A stretch of 20,000 bases of DNA from an uncultured virus (IMG/VR IMGVR_UViG_3300037458_000449) (Duplodnaviria > Heunggongvirae > Uroviricota > Caudoviricetes), in the IMG/VR virus record IMGVR_UViG_3300037458_000449; one strand, given 5' to 3'. Under the pieces are notes generated by a model. It saw only the letters and a list, made by a program, of their open reading frames with translations, was not told the DNA's origin and made no database searches. The position numbers and the translations under genes were made by a program. This document shows positions 1 to 6,549 of the stretch, piece after piece (position 1 is the stretch's first letter; each line of letters begins with the position of its first letter).

Positions 1-21
1 TGGGCGCCGGGGCGCAGCCGT

Positions 22-53
22 AGAATATTCACTACGGCCGAGAATATTTACTA
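22..53. repeat. Tandem 13-bp direct repeat AGAATATT(C/T)ACTA; candidate integrase arm-type sites
   Basis: agaatattcacta 22-34 and agaatatttacta 41-53; AT-rich, just past the xis stop; gccgtag/ctacggc inverted repeat at 17-38. Confidence 0.5.
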
Positions 54-76
54 TCGCGCGTGCGCCTGCGGCCCAT
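32..76 (-). pseudogene. Possible remnant 5' end of a tyrosine integrase (MGRRRTRDSKYSRP*)
   Basis: ATG at 76 overlaps the 3' end of xis where int normally starts; basic MGRRRT N-terminus typical of integrases paired with DUF4224; stop after 14 codons. Confidence 0.4.
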
Positions 77-272
77 CCAATGCCCCCCAGTTCGGTTCCT
101 GCGTCGCCGCTCGGCCGCCCACCATCCGCTTATTGAACTCGGCCACGGCGACTTTCGGCTGGCCGAGGGCGTTGACGCTAAACCGCCAGCCATGACGTTG
201 CAACCATCGCACCTGTGCGGACGACCGAGCGTAGCCGGTCAAGGCTTCGATTTCCGACTGAGGCATCAGCAT
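51..272 (-). CDS. xis: DUF4224-family excisionase-like protein
   Basis: EIEALTGYARSSAQVRWLQRHGWRF..NALGQPKV and C-terminal EPNWGAL are typical of DUF4224; last gene of the leftward operon. Confidence 0.8.
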   Translation of the reverse strand: MLMPQSEIEALTGYARSSAQVRWLQRHGWRFSVNALGQPKVAVAEFNKRMVGGRAATQEPNWGALDGPQAHAR

Positions 273-661
273 GGGATCAGCGTGTTGAACGGCGGCCGGT
301 AGTGTCGAATGTAGGCACGCTCAGCGGCAGTTACCGCTGCCCGAAGGCTGTCGGTGACGATCCGCGACTGAGCTTGCGGCGGCCATACCAGCACGGTTGC
401 GCGATTGAAGGGTATCGGCTTTCCCGATCGCCGCCCGTCCCTGGCTAACTGATGAGAGACGAGCCGCGCCTGAACGCTGTGCGAGTGACCGACATATAGC
501 AGTCGCGGTCCTTGCCAGAGAAAATAGATCGCCGAGACGTACTCATCGAAAGAGTCGGCGTTCTCCGGCAGCCCGCGAAGCTGATCGAGCGGGAGCGCGA
601 CGACGGCCGCCGGCTGTTCCAGCCCGCTCATGCGCTGCAGCTTGGCGAACGTCACAATCAC
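266..661 (-). CDS. GIY-YIG nuclease domain protein
   Basis: AIYFL...LLYVGHS..VQARL..H and AERAYIRHYRPPFN motifs; GTG start at 661 overlaps upstream TGA (GTGA). Confidence 0.75.
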   Translation of the reverse strand: MIVTFAKLQRMSGLEQPAAVVALPLDQLRGLPENADSFDEYVSAIYFLWQGPRLLYVGHSHSVQARLVSHQLARDGRRSGKPIPFNRATVLVWPPQAQSRIVTDSLRAAVTAAERAYIRHYRPPFNTLIPC

Positions 662-873
662 GGACCTGGCCGCTCCCGCGCAAGGAAGGCGTCGATGTCT
701 CGCTGGCATCCCTTTCCTTGAATCGTTAAGGTGTCGATCTTGCCACGCGCACTAGCGAGCAATTCGACGGCCTCGGCCAGCCGCGCCGCGAGGGCGTCTA
801 CAGCCTCCGCACATTCGCGTGAGCCGTTCTGTCGAAGAATACTGACTGCTTCCTTGACCCAGAAATTATTCAT
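658..873 (-). CDS. Modular accessory protein (RLAEA linker, DIDAFLA end)
   Basis: ATG at 873 overlaps previous stop; MNNFWVKEAV...ARLAEAVELL...RDIDAFLARERPGP. Confidence 0.65.
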   Translation of the reverse strand: MNNFWVKEAVSILRQNGSRECAEAVDALAARLAEAVELLASARGKIDTLTIQGKGCQRDIDAFLARERPGP

Positions 874-1201
874 GCTCGCACCCGCACGGCTCGTCTGAGA
901 TCCCAGCAACCGGGTCGCCCTGAATCCATCCCGTGTCGCCGCAGCGTTCGCACTTAGGCCCGGATGCGCTGTCCGGTGCGAGGAAGGCGTCGATGGCGGC
1001 GTCAAGCCGAAGGCTGTCGTACTCGTACCAAGTCTCGGGATCGTCATTGTCTGCGATAGTCACAGAGACTCCGTTCTCTGCTATGCGCAGCCACCGATAC
1101 CGCTCCGCGTCCTTGCGCAGCGCCTCTAGATCACACATGGCGCAGCCCTGATAGGCGTCCTCGCCGTGCTTATCGCAGCCGTAACTTTCGGTGGTGATCA
1201 T
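866..1201 (-). CDS. Modular accessory protein (Ead/Ea22-like LRKDAERYRWLR linker, Cys-rich tail)
   Basis: ALRKDAERYRWLR...LDAAIDA motif common in lambdoid ea-region genes; CxxC...CGC tail; coupled starts/stops. Confidence 0.75.
   Translation of the reverse strand: MITTESYGCDKHGEDAYQGCAMCDLEALRKDAERYRWLRIAENGVSVTIADNDDPETWYEYDSLRLDAAIDAFLAPDSASGPKCERCGDTGWIQGDPVAGISDEPCGCEHE
877..971. repeat. Repeat A copy 1 (~95 bp; copy 2 at 2082-2176)
   Basis: About 9 mismatches by eye; encodes SGPKCERCxDTGWIQGDPVxGISDEPCGC. Confidence 0.95.
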
Positions 1202-1536
1202 GGCTGCCTCGCAAGGTGGGCGTCGATGCGGGACTCTAGGGCGAGGTCTTTATTCATCTGTTCGCAATGCTTCCGCGTATGGAACTCGTCGCCGCGCTTC
1301 ATTGCGGCTTCCCATGATCGCCGGTGCTTGCGGATGTGCGACTGTACGGACGGCAGGGCCTCCCGCAGCAGCGCCTCGGCCTCGGCCAGCCGCGAGCGCA
1401 GGGATTCGATCTCGTCGGCCAGCGGCGTGATAAGCCCGAAACGCTCTTCTGTGCATTCCTCGCACTCACAAATCGAATCCGACCAGTGTGCGTTGACACG
1501 CTGGACTAATCGCGCACGTTCCACGATGTCACTCAT
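1198..1536 (-). CDS. Modular accessory protein (ADEIESLRSRLAEAEALLRE linker)
   Basis: MSDIVER start, CxCxxC, coiled-coil linker, RIDAHLA end; GGAGG SD; coupled to both neighbours. Confidence 0.75.
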   Translation of the reverse strand: MSDIVERARLVQRVNAHWSDSICECEECTEERFGLITPLADEIESLRSRLAEAEALLREALPSVQSHIRKHRRSWEAAMKRGDEFHTRKHCEQMNKDLALESRIDAHLARQP

Positions 1537-1792
1537 GTCCCACCTCCAAGAGCTTGCGTAGGTCGGTGCAGTCGGGGCAGGGATCGGCGTCGTCCATCCC
1601 GGCCCCTTCCTCGTATGGTGATTTCAACTCACCGAAGCCCTCGCACCGCCAGCACGTCACCTTCCCCGCCGCCTCGCGCAGGGCGTCGTAGTCCTCACTG
1701 CGCACATAGTCGCCGTCTGGCTCGGGGCGCATTTCATATCTGTCATCGTCGCTGTATGGCGCAAGAGCCAGACCGAATCGCCTGACGCTCAT
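1529..1792 (-). CDS. Accessory protein with DGDYVRSEDY motif and CxxCxGxG...CxxC zinc finger
   Basis: ORF translation; ATGA overlap upstream. Confidence 0.7.
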   Translation of the reverse strand: MSVRRFGLALAPYSDDDRYEMRPEPDGDYVRSEDYDALREAAGKVTCWRCEGFGELKSPYEEGAGMDDADPCPDCTDLRKLLEVGHE

Positions 1793-2331
1793 GGTTTTCC
1801 CTCCCGCGTAAGGTGGGCGGCGATGCGGTCAGGATGCGGTCCCCAATAATGGTGAGCCGTCGTTTCAAAGATAACGCTGCCTCTGTATTGAAGTTCTCGC
1901 AGCAGCGCCTCGGCCTCGGCTAGCCGCGCTTGTATATCGACTTCGCACTGCTCCGCGTCACGCCTACCGCTCTTGTCGTCGCAAAGCTCGCAGTACAAGG
2001 GTTCGCCTGTTTCGGCGGAACGCAGAAGCAGCGAGGCCGGGTGCTCACAAGTGAGTGCTGGCGGCGTGTCACGCGCCTCCGCGCACCCGCACGGCTCGTC
2101 TGAGATTCCAAAAACCGGGTCGCCCTGAATCCAGCCCGTGTCGCTACACCTTTCGCACTTAGGCCCGGATGTGCTGACAGCGGCTCGCACTATCGCGTCC
2201 AGTTCGTTGAACTGATCTTCGTCCAGCAAGTCTGCACAGCGTGCCATGATCTTTTGCAGTCTCGCCTCTGCTTTCATGGCGCGTTCGTGCCAGTGCGCCG
2301 CGTTGCTTGTTCCTTCGTCCTTGATTTTCAT
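1789..2331 (-). CDS. Chimeric modular accessory protein (repeat B + repeat A + Zn module + RLAEAEALLRE)
   Basis: ATG at 2331 equivalent to paralog start at 3510; contains both long repeats. Confidence 0.75.
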   Translation of the reverse strand: MKIKDEGTSNAAHWHERAMKAEARLQKIMARCADLLDEDQFNELDAIVRAAVSTSGPKCERCSDTGWIQGDPVFGISDEPCGCAEARDTPPALTCEHPASLLLRSAETGEPLYCELCDDKSGRRDAEQCEVDIQARLAEAEALLRELQYRGSVIFETTAHHYWGPHPDRIAAHLTREGKP

Positions 2332-2333
2332 GG
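2173..2333. repeat. Repeat B copy 1 (161 bp; copy 2 at 3352-3512)
   Basis: 3 mismatches by eye; encodes MKI(K/N)DEGTSNAAHWHERAMKAEARLQKIMARCADLLDEDQFNELDAIVRA. Confidence 0.97.
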
Positions 2334-2335
2334 AG

Positions 2336-3334
2336 TCACCTTCGGCTGCACGTAGCAACGTGGATAATTGGCCCGTCGCTGGTCATGGCCTGACCGCGAC
2401 ATTCGGCGCAAAACCAATGCGGCACCGTGGGGGATTCGGACAATGAGATTCCGGCTTGTTCGTAGCACCATTGCTGGCAGGATGAGCCGGGGTAATCGTC
2501 GCCCACGGATTTGAGTGCTGCGCGCAGCCGCTCAATCTCGTCGGCGGCTGCATACCCTGCGTCCTCCAAAAGATCGCCGGCGGCACCTCCACGCAATGCT
2601 GCGATTAAGTCTTTTCCTGTCAGTTTTTCATATTTGATACCGCTCATCGCGCACCTCTCTGAGTCGTTGAAGCCGGGCATGTCCACCCGCTTTTTGTTGT
2701 AATAGCCGAGCGCGTCGGCTATACCCTCTTCGAAGTAGTCCAACGGCTGTATAGGTCCGCCGTATACGGTGGCGCAGTCGTCTAGCAGGCTGTCGATAGC
2801 CTTGCTATGCGCGTCGCGTCCCCAGCATCGAATGCACTTCCCGTCCCGGTAGGTGCAGCCATGCGTAGCACAGGTAACATCCGGGGCGCTGTCCGCCGCC
2901 GCAAGCGTATCTCGGCCAATTGTCATCAACTCAGCGGCACGCTTCTCGGCTTCCTCTCGCGTCGGCCACTCAGGAACCTCACCGATTGGTTTCCCGCCAA
3001 GTATCGAAGCCGCCGTCTGACGCGCCACCTCGTTCATGAGCCTGTTCTTGTCGTCGGCAATCAGTTGCAGGCCAGAGCGAAGCCGCTCGATTTCCATCTG
3101 TTGATCCACAAGCCATCGCGCAGGAGAGCAAGCTGGGCAATCCTCGGCGTGCCCGTGGCTGTCACAGTCACACTCGTTGGTGGACTCGTTCACCGCCGCT
3201 TTGAGTAGCACGGCTGCCGCTAATGGCTTGGCGTAACTCGCCGCTTCTTCTGCGATCAACTCCTTGACGCGCCGTTCAATGCTCTGTCGGCGGTCATCGG
3301 GGAGTCCATCTAGTACGTCGTTCAGCGTTTTCAT
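2336..3334 (-). CDS. Multi-module accessory protein with antitoxin-like N-terminal helix and several Cys clusters
   Basis: 332 aa ORF; two EIERLR linkers; ADSA linker; internal SD-ATG at 2647. Confidence 0.75.
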   Translation of the reverse strand: MKTLNDVLDGLPDDRRQSIERRVKELIAEEAASYAKPLAAAVLLKAAVNESTNECDCDSHGHAEDCPACSPARWLVDQQMEIERLRSGLQLIADDKNRLMNEVARQTAASILGGKPIGEVPEWPTREEAEKRAAELMTIGRDTLAAADSAPDVTCATHGCTYRDGKCIRCWGRDAHSKAIDSLLDDCATVYGGPIQPLDYFEEGIADALGYYNKKRVDMPGFNDSERCAMSGIKYEKLTGKDLIAALRGGAAGDLLEDAGYAAADEIERLRAALKSVGDDYPGSSCQQWCYEQAGISLSESPTVPHWFCAECRGQAMTSDGPIIHVATCSRR

Positions 3335-3510
3335 TTCTGCACCTCGTCTGCGCTGACAGTGGCTCGCACTATCGCGTCCAGTTCGTTGAACTGATCCTCG
3401 TCCAGCAAGTCTGCACAGCGTGCCATGATCTTTTGCAGTCTCGCCTCTGCTTTCATGGCGCGTTCGTGCCAGTGCGCCGCGTTGCTTGTTCCTTCGTCGT
3501 TGATTTTCAT
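3331..3510 (-). CDS. Small protein consisting of module B only
   Basis: ATGA overlaps at both ends; paralog of the 1789-2331 N-terminus. Confidence 0.7.
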   Translation of the reverse strand: MKINDEGTSNAAHWHERAMKAEARLQKIMARCADLLDEDQFNELDAIVRATVSADEVQK

Positions 3511-3896
3511 GGTGCGGCGTCCTGCGTGACGGTTGAAGCGGCTCTCTCCTCGAAAGCCTCTAGCGCCTGCTCCCACGGGCAGTTCATGTTGCTGTGTTCG
3601 CCAATCTCGACGCCTAGCAGCGTGGCGATGGCGTCGGCCAGTTTGTCCGCCATGCCCTGAGCATGGTCACGCTCACCGATCAACTGGTCCATATCACGCT
3701 CAGCCTCGGCCAGCCGCTTCTCTAGTGCAATGTTTGCTTGCGCCTGTGCCTCGCAGTTGAAACGTGCAATGGCAAGGGCATCATCCGCCTCGGCCAGCCG
3801 CGAGCGGAGGGAGCGTTCCTCGCAACGGCACATCCTTGCGCGGTTGTGATCCACCGGCATTAGGATCGCTTCGCACTGGTTGTCGTGGTCACTCAT
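3507..3896 (-). CDS. Ead/Ea22-like modular protein
   Basis: Two RLAEA linkers; C-terminal LADAIATLLGVEIGEHSNMNCPWEQAL segment recognisable from phage ea-region proteins; start at 3896 with GGAG SD. Confidence 0.7.
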   Translation of the reverse strand: MSDHDNQCEAILMPVDHNRARMCRCEERSLRSRLAEADDALAIARFNCEAQAQANIALEKRLAEAERDMDQLIGERDHAQGMADKLADAIATLLGVEIGEHSNMNCPWEQALEAFEERAASTVTQDAAP

Positions 3897-4164
3897 GTCC
3901 CTGCTCCATTGCTGCGTCGAAATCGGCTCGCGTCGCGGTGCCAGCACGATCCATTCGATCTGCCAGCGTGAGATCAAGGCCGCGTAGTTTTGCTGACGCC
4001 AATGGGATCGCAGTCAAGGCATCGCGAGCCTCTTGAAATAGCGGGATAATGTCCGTGAGCCGCCACTTGTAGTATTCCGCGTCCTTGCGCAGCGCCGCGT
4101 TCTCAGCGGTCAGGCGGGCAATCTCGGCGTTTTGCTGCTCGATGATGGCGTCAATCATGGTCAT
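3889..4164 (-). CDS. Modular accessory protein (ALRKDAE linker)
   Basis: ATG at 4164 in ATGA overlap; ends GHE* like 1529-1792. Confidence 0.7.
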   Translation of the reverse strand: MTMIDAIIEQQNAEIARLTAENAALRKDAEYYKWRLTDIIPLFQEARDALTAIPLASAKLRGLDLTLADRMDRAGTATRADFDAAMEQGHE

Positions 4165-4322
4165 TTTCGCCCCTGCTCCCGCGCCGCCGGCCCGTGGCGC
4201 AGCTGCTCCTGGGCGCGCAGCATCCGCCGAGCCTGCTCGAGCTCGCTCGGCGTCCAAGGCCGCAGATGCAGAGGGCCGAGTTCCTTGTTCGGCATGAAGG
4301 GGATCGCGGGTTTGGCGGTCAT
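4161..4322 (-). CDS. Small hypothetical protein (MTAKPAIPFMPNKELGPLHLRPW...)
   Basis: 53 aa ORF that exactly fills the gap, with ATGA overlaps at both ends. Confidence 0.6.
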   Translation of the reverse strand: MTAKPAIPFMPNKELGPLHLRPWTPSELEQARRMLRAQEQLRHGPAAREQGRK

Positions 4323-4447
4323 CCTGCGGCTCCGGGTTCGTATTCAAAGTGGTGGCACCTGGCCGTCGCCAGTTGCTCAAGCGCGAAGCACCAAAGGCCG
4401 CCCGTCTCGGCGTGATACCGGGACCAGCGGCAGGCGTGGCAATTCAT
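4319..4447 (-). CDS. Small Cys-rich protein (MNCHACRW...WC...RCHHFEYEPG)
   Basis: 42 aa; ATGA overlaps at both ends; CxxC..C..C pattern. Confidence 0.6.
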   Translation of the reverse strand: MNCHACRWSRYHAETGGLWCFALEQLATARCHHFEYEPGAAG

Positions 4448-4716
4448 AGCGCACCTTCCTTCACCAACGCGTACTGGGTCCGAATGACGCCCTCGAGGAA
4501 CGACCGCGCTGTTGCGTCGTCCCGGTGCGAGTCCACATAGGAATGGCAGGCTGAGCAGGCCCAGGCCGCGCAGACGTCCGGTGCTTTCATGCCCATTCCG
4601 CTGACGCCCGCCATTCGGTAGTGCGCCAGCACGGTCGTCTCGGGGTTGAAGTTGCAAACGCCCGGCAGCCGGATCTGGCAGTCGCGGCCACGGGCGAGCT
4701 TGCGGAGCTTCGTCAC
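4444..4716 (-). CDS. DUF1364 (YbcO-like) HNH-fold protein
   Basis: KLRKLARGRDCQIRLPGVCNFNPETTVLAHYR...GMKAPD...AWACSACH signature. Confidence 0.9.
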   Translation of the reverse strand: MTKLRKLARGRDCQIRLPGVCNFNPETTVLAHYRMAGVSGMGMKAPDVCAAWACSACHSYVDSHRDDATARSFLEGVIRTQYALVKEGAL

Positions 4717-5033
4717 AGGTTCACACCCTGCTTCCGCGCCGAGTTTTCCGACCGGAAGACTTCGATGGTGTAGACGGCGGCCTCGCGCATCGCGCGGATC
4801 GTTTCGTATTCCGCGATGGCGTTCTTCATGTCGGTGAGGGCCGCCTGGTAGGCATCCGAGGCGTAGGCAGACCGCTCGCGATCGGCGACCGAGCCCTCGT
4901 CGGGCATGTTCAGCGCCTTGACGCGCCGCAGGCCTTCCTCGCAGTAACGGGCATGGCCGCGGGCCTGCCCGTACTGCTTCGCGGTGTCACGCAGGTACTC
5001 GACGGCCGCCTCGGCGCGATCCTCTCCGATCAT
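4713..5033 (-). CDS. Conserved helical phage protein of recombination modules (possibly UvsY-like)
   Basis: SVADRERSAYASDAY...IEVFRSENSARK pattern; position downstream of exo/erf. Confidence 0.6.
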   Translation of the reverse strand: MIGEDRAEAAVEYLRDTAKQYGQARGHARYCEEGLRRVKALNMPDEGSVADRERSAYASDAYQAALTDMKNAIAEYETIRAMREAAVYTIEVFRSENSARKQGVNL

Positions 5034-5926
5034 GCAGCGCGCTCCGTACCGAAGGCCTCGCGCAGCCAGCCGATGATCGTGGTGCGCGGCGCCTTGTAGT
5101 GCGCCTCGAGGACGTCGAGGATGTCGCGCGCGGTCGGGCGCGCGAGCGGCGCAACCGACGAAACTGACGGAACCGGGGTTATGTCGGTTTTGTCTGTTCC
5201 GGGGGCGCTCGTCACGACCGCCGCAGCCCGCTGCCGGGCGAGTTCGGCCCGCTCAGCGTCGAGCTTCCTGCGTTCCTCGGCATCGCGCTTCGCCTGGGCG
5301 GCCCGCAACTGCTCAAGCTCGGCCCGCTCAGCGGCGAGCCGCGCCTGCTCAGCCTCACGCTCCTGCGCGGCCGCATGGAGATCCTGCAGCGTCGTGGCGG
5401 TTTCGGTGAGGACGCGGCCGGCCTCGTCCTTGAACTCGGCGAACGAGTCGTCAATCGAGACTTGCGCGAGCTCGCTGATGCGCCGGCTGATCTTGTCGGT
5501 CGAGAACGCGGCGGCCGTCGTTGCCATGCCGCGGATCTGCTCAATCCGCGCGCGGATCTTCTCGACGCGCTGCTGCTCGGCGCGGATCTTCGCCTGGCGC
5601 TCGGCCTCGCGGCGGGCTTCCTCGGCGGTGATCTGCTGGTCGATGGGCGTCTCGATCGCGAGCAGCGCGGCCGTGATGCGCTTGGCCTCGTCGTCAATCT
5701 GCCGGCCCAGCGCAAGCAGCGGCGCCTTGGCGTCCTTGCGGACCTTCTCGACCTCGTAGCGCGGCTCGCGGATGGTCCGGCGAGCGAGGCGCGCGGCCTC
5801 GATGCCCTCGGTCGTGGTGACGTCGTAGACGACGCCGGCGTACTGCTCCGTCAACGCGGCGAGTCCGGCCTCGACGCGATTGAAGTCGGCCAGCGCCCCG
5901 GTGATTTTGTCGATGTTCGTGGTCAT
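5030..5926 (-). CDS. Long coiled-coil phage protein (DUF1351-like)
   Basis: YDVTTTEG..AR..R...VEKVRKDAKAP....GRQIDDEAKRI N-terminal pattern followed by an Ala/Glu/Arg coiled coil. Confidence 0.75.
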   Translation of the reverse strand: MTTNIDKITGALADFNRVEAGLAALTEQYAGVVYDVTTTEGIEAARLARRTIREPRYEVEKVRKDAKAPLLALGRQIDDEAKRITAALLAIETPIDQQITAEEARREAERQAKIRAEQQRVEKIRARIEQIRGMATTAAAFSTDKISRRISELAQVSIDDSFAEFKDEAGRVLTETATTLQDLHAAAQEREAEQARLAAERAELEQLRAAQAKRDAEERRKLDAERAELARQRAAAVVTSAPGTDKTDITPVPSVSSVAPLARPTARDILDVLEAHYKAPRTTIIGWLREAFGTERAA

Positions 5927-6549
5927 GCTGCCTCCGTGAACTGAGCGACCAGCGCATTAACCTCGTCGCTGAAGACTTTGACGCTCGCTCGCAGCAGTGA
6001 AATGTATTCCTCGTCTCTTTCAACCCGGATGACGTAGAGCGGCAGCTTCGGCCAATAGGAGACGTAGTCCACCCACTGCCGGCCGGCAATCATCATCTGC
6101 CCTTGAACTTGAGCCTTGTGCTCTGACGGGAGGCCTCCGGTGAGCAGCAACTCAAGGTGCAGCTCTGGCAGGCGAGTCTTGATTTCAAGCATCCCGTCGT
6201 CGCCGATCAGCCCGTCCGGGCTTGCGCCTGCACCAATCTGCGTGTTGCGAATGAACGCGACCTGCCGAACATCGGCCCCCGTGCGAAACGAGTAGAGATC
6301 GCGGGCTTCGGCCTCCAATGCCTTGCCGCGATCCATGTGAGCGTTTGAGTAGGATTCGCTCACTTCTTGCGTCAGTCGCTCGGCAACAATCGAAAGCAGG
6401 TACTTCCTGCGCGTGACGGACTCACCGCCGCCGCGCCCTTTGGCGAGCACGTCAGCAAAGCGCGAGGCTGTTGGGCAGCCGCATCGCAACTGTTGCCAAT
6501 CGGCCGTTCCTTGTTCGACGCCTTCGGTAATTACAATGTGTGATTCCAT
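5923..6549 (-). CDS. YqaJ / lambda-exonuclease family 5'-3' exonuclease
   Basis: QGTADWQQLRCGCPTAS, MDRGKALEAEAR, GASPDGLI, LEIK, QVQGQM motifs; likely start ATG at 6549. Confidence 0.92.
   Translation of the reverse strand: MESHIVITEGVEQGTADWQQLRCGCPTASRFADVLAKGRGGGESVTRRKYLLSIVAERLTQEVSESYSNAHMDRGKALEAEARDLYSFRTGADVRQVAFIRNTQIGAGASPDGLIGDDGMLEIKTRLPELHLELLLTGGLPSEHKAQVQGQMMIAGRQWVDYVSYWPKLPLYVIRVERDEEYISLLRASVKVFSDEVNALVAQFTEAA

Noticed and set aside
2173..3512. Repeat B (or A) as a DGR template/variable repeat pair
   Set aside because: Mismatches are not confined to adenines of one copy, both copies are coding, and no reverse transcriptase is in the window
658..4164. CRISPR array, integron or shufflon explanation for the short repeats
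   Set aside because: Repeats are irregularly spaced, in frame within genes and all in direct orientation; no cas genes, attC-like palindromes or invertase
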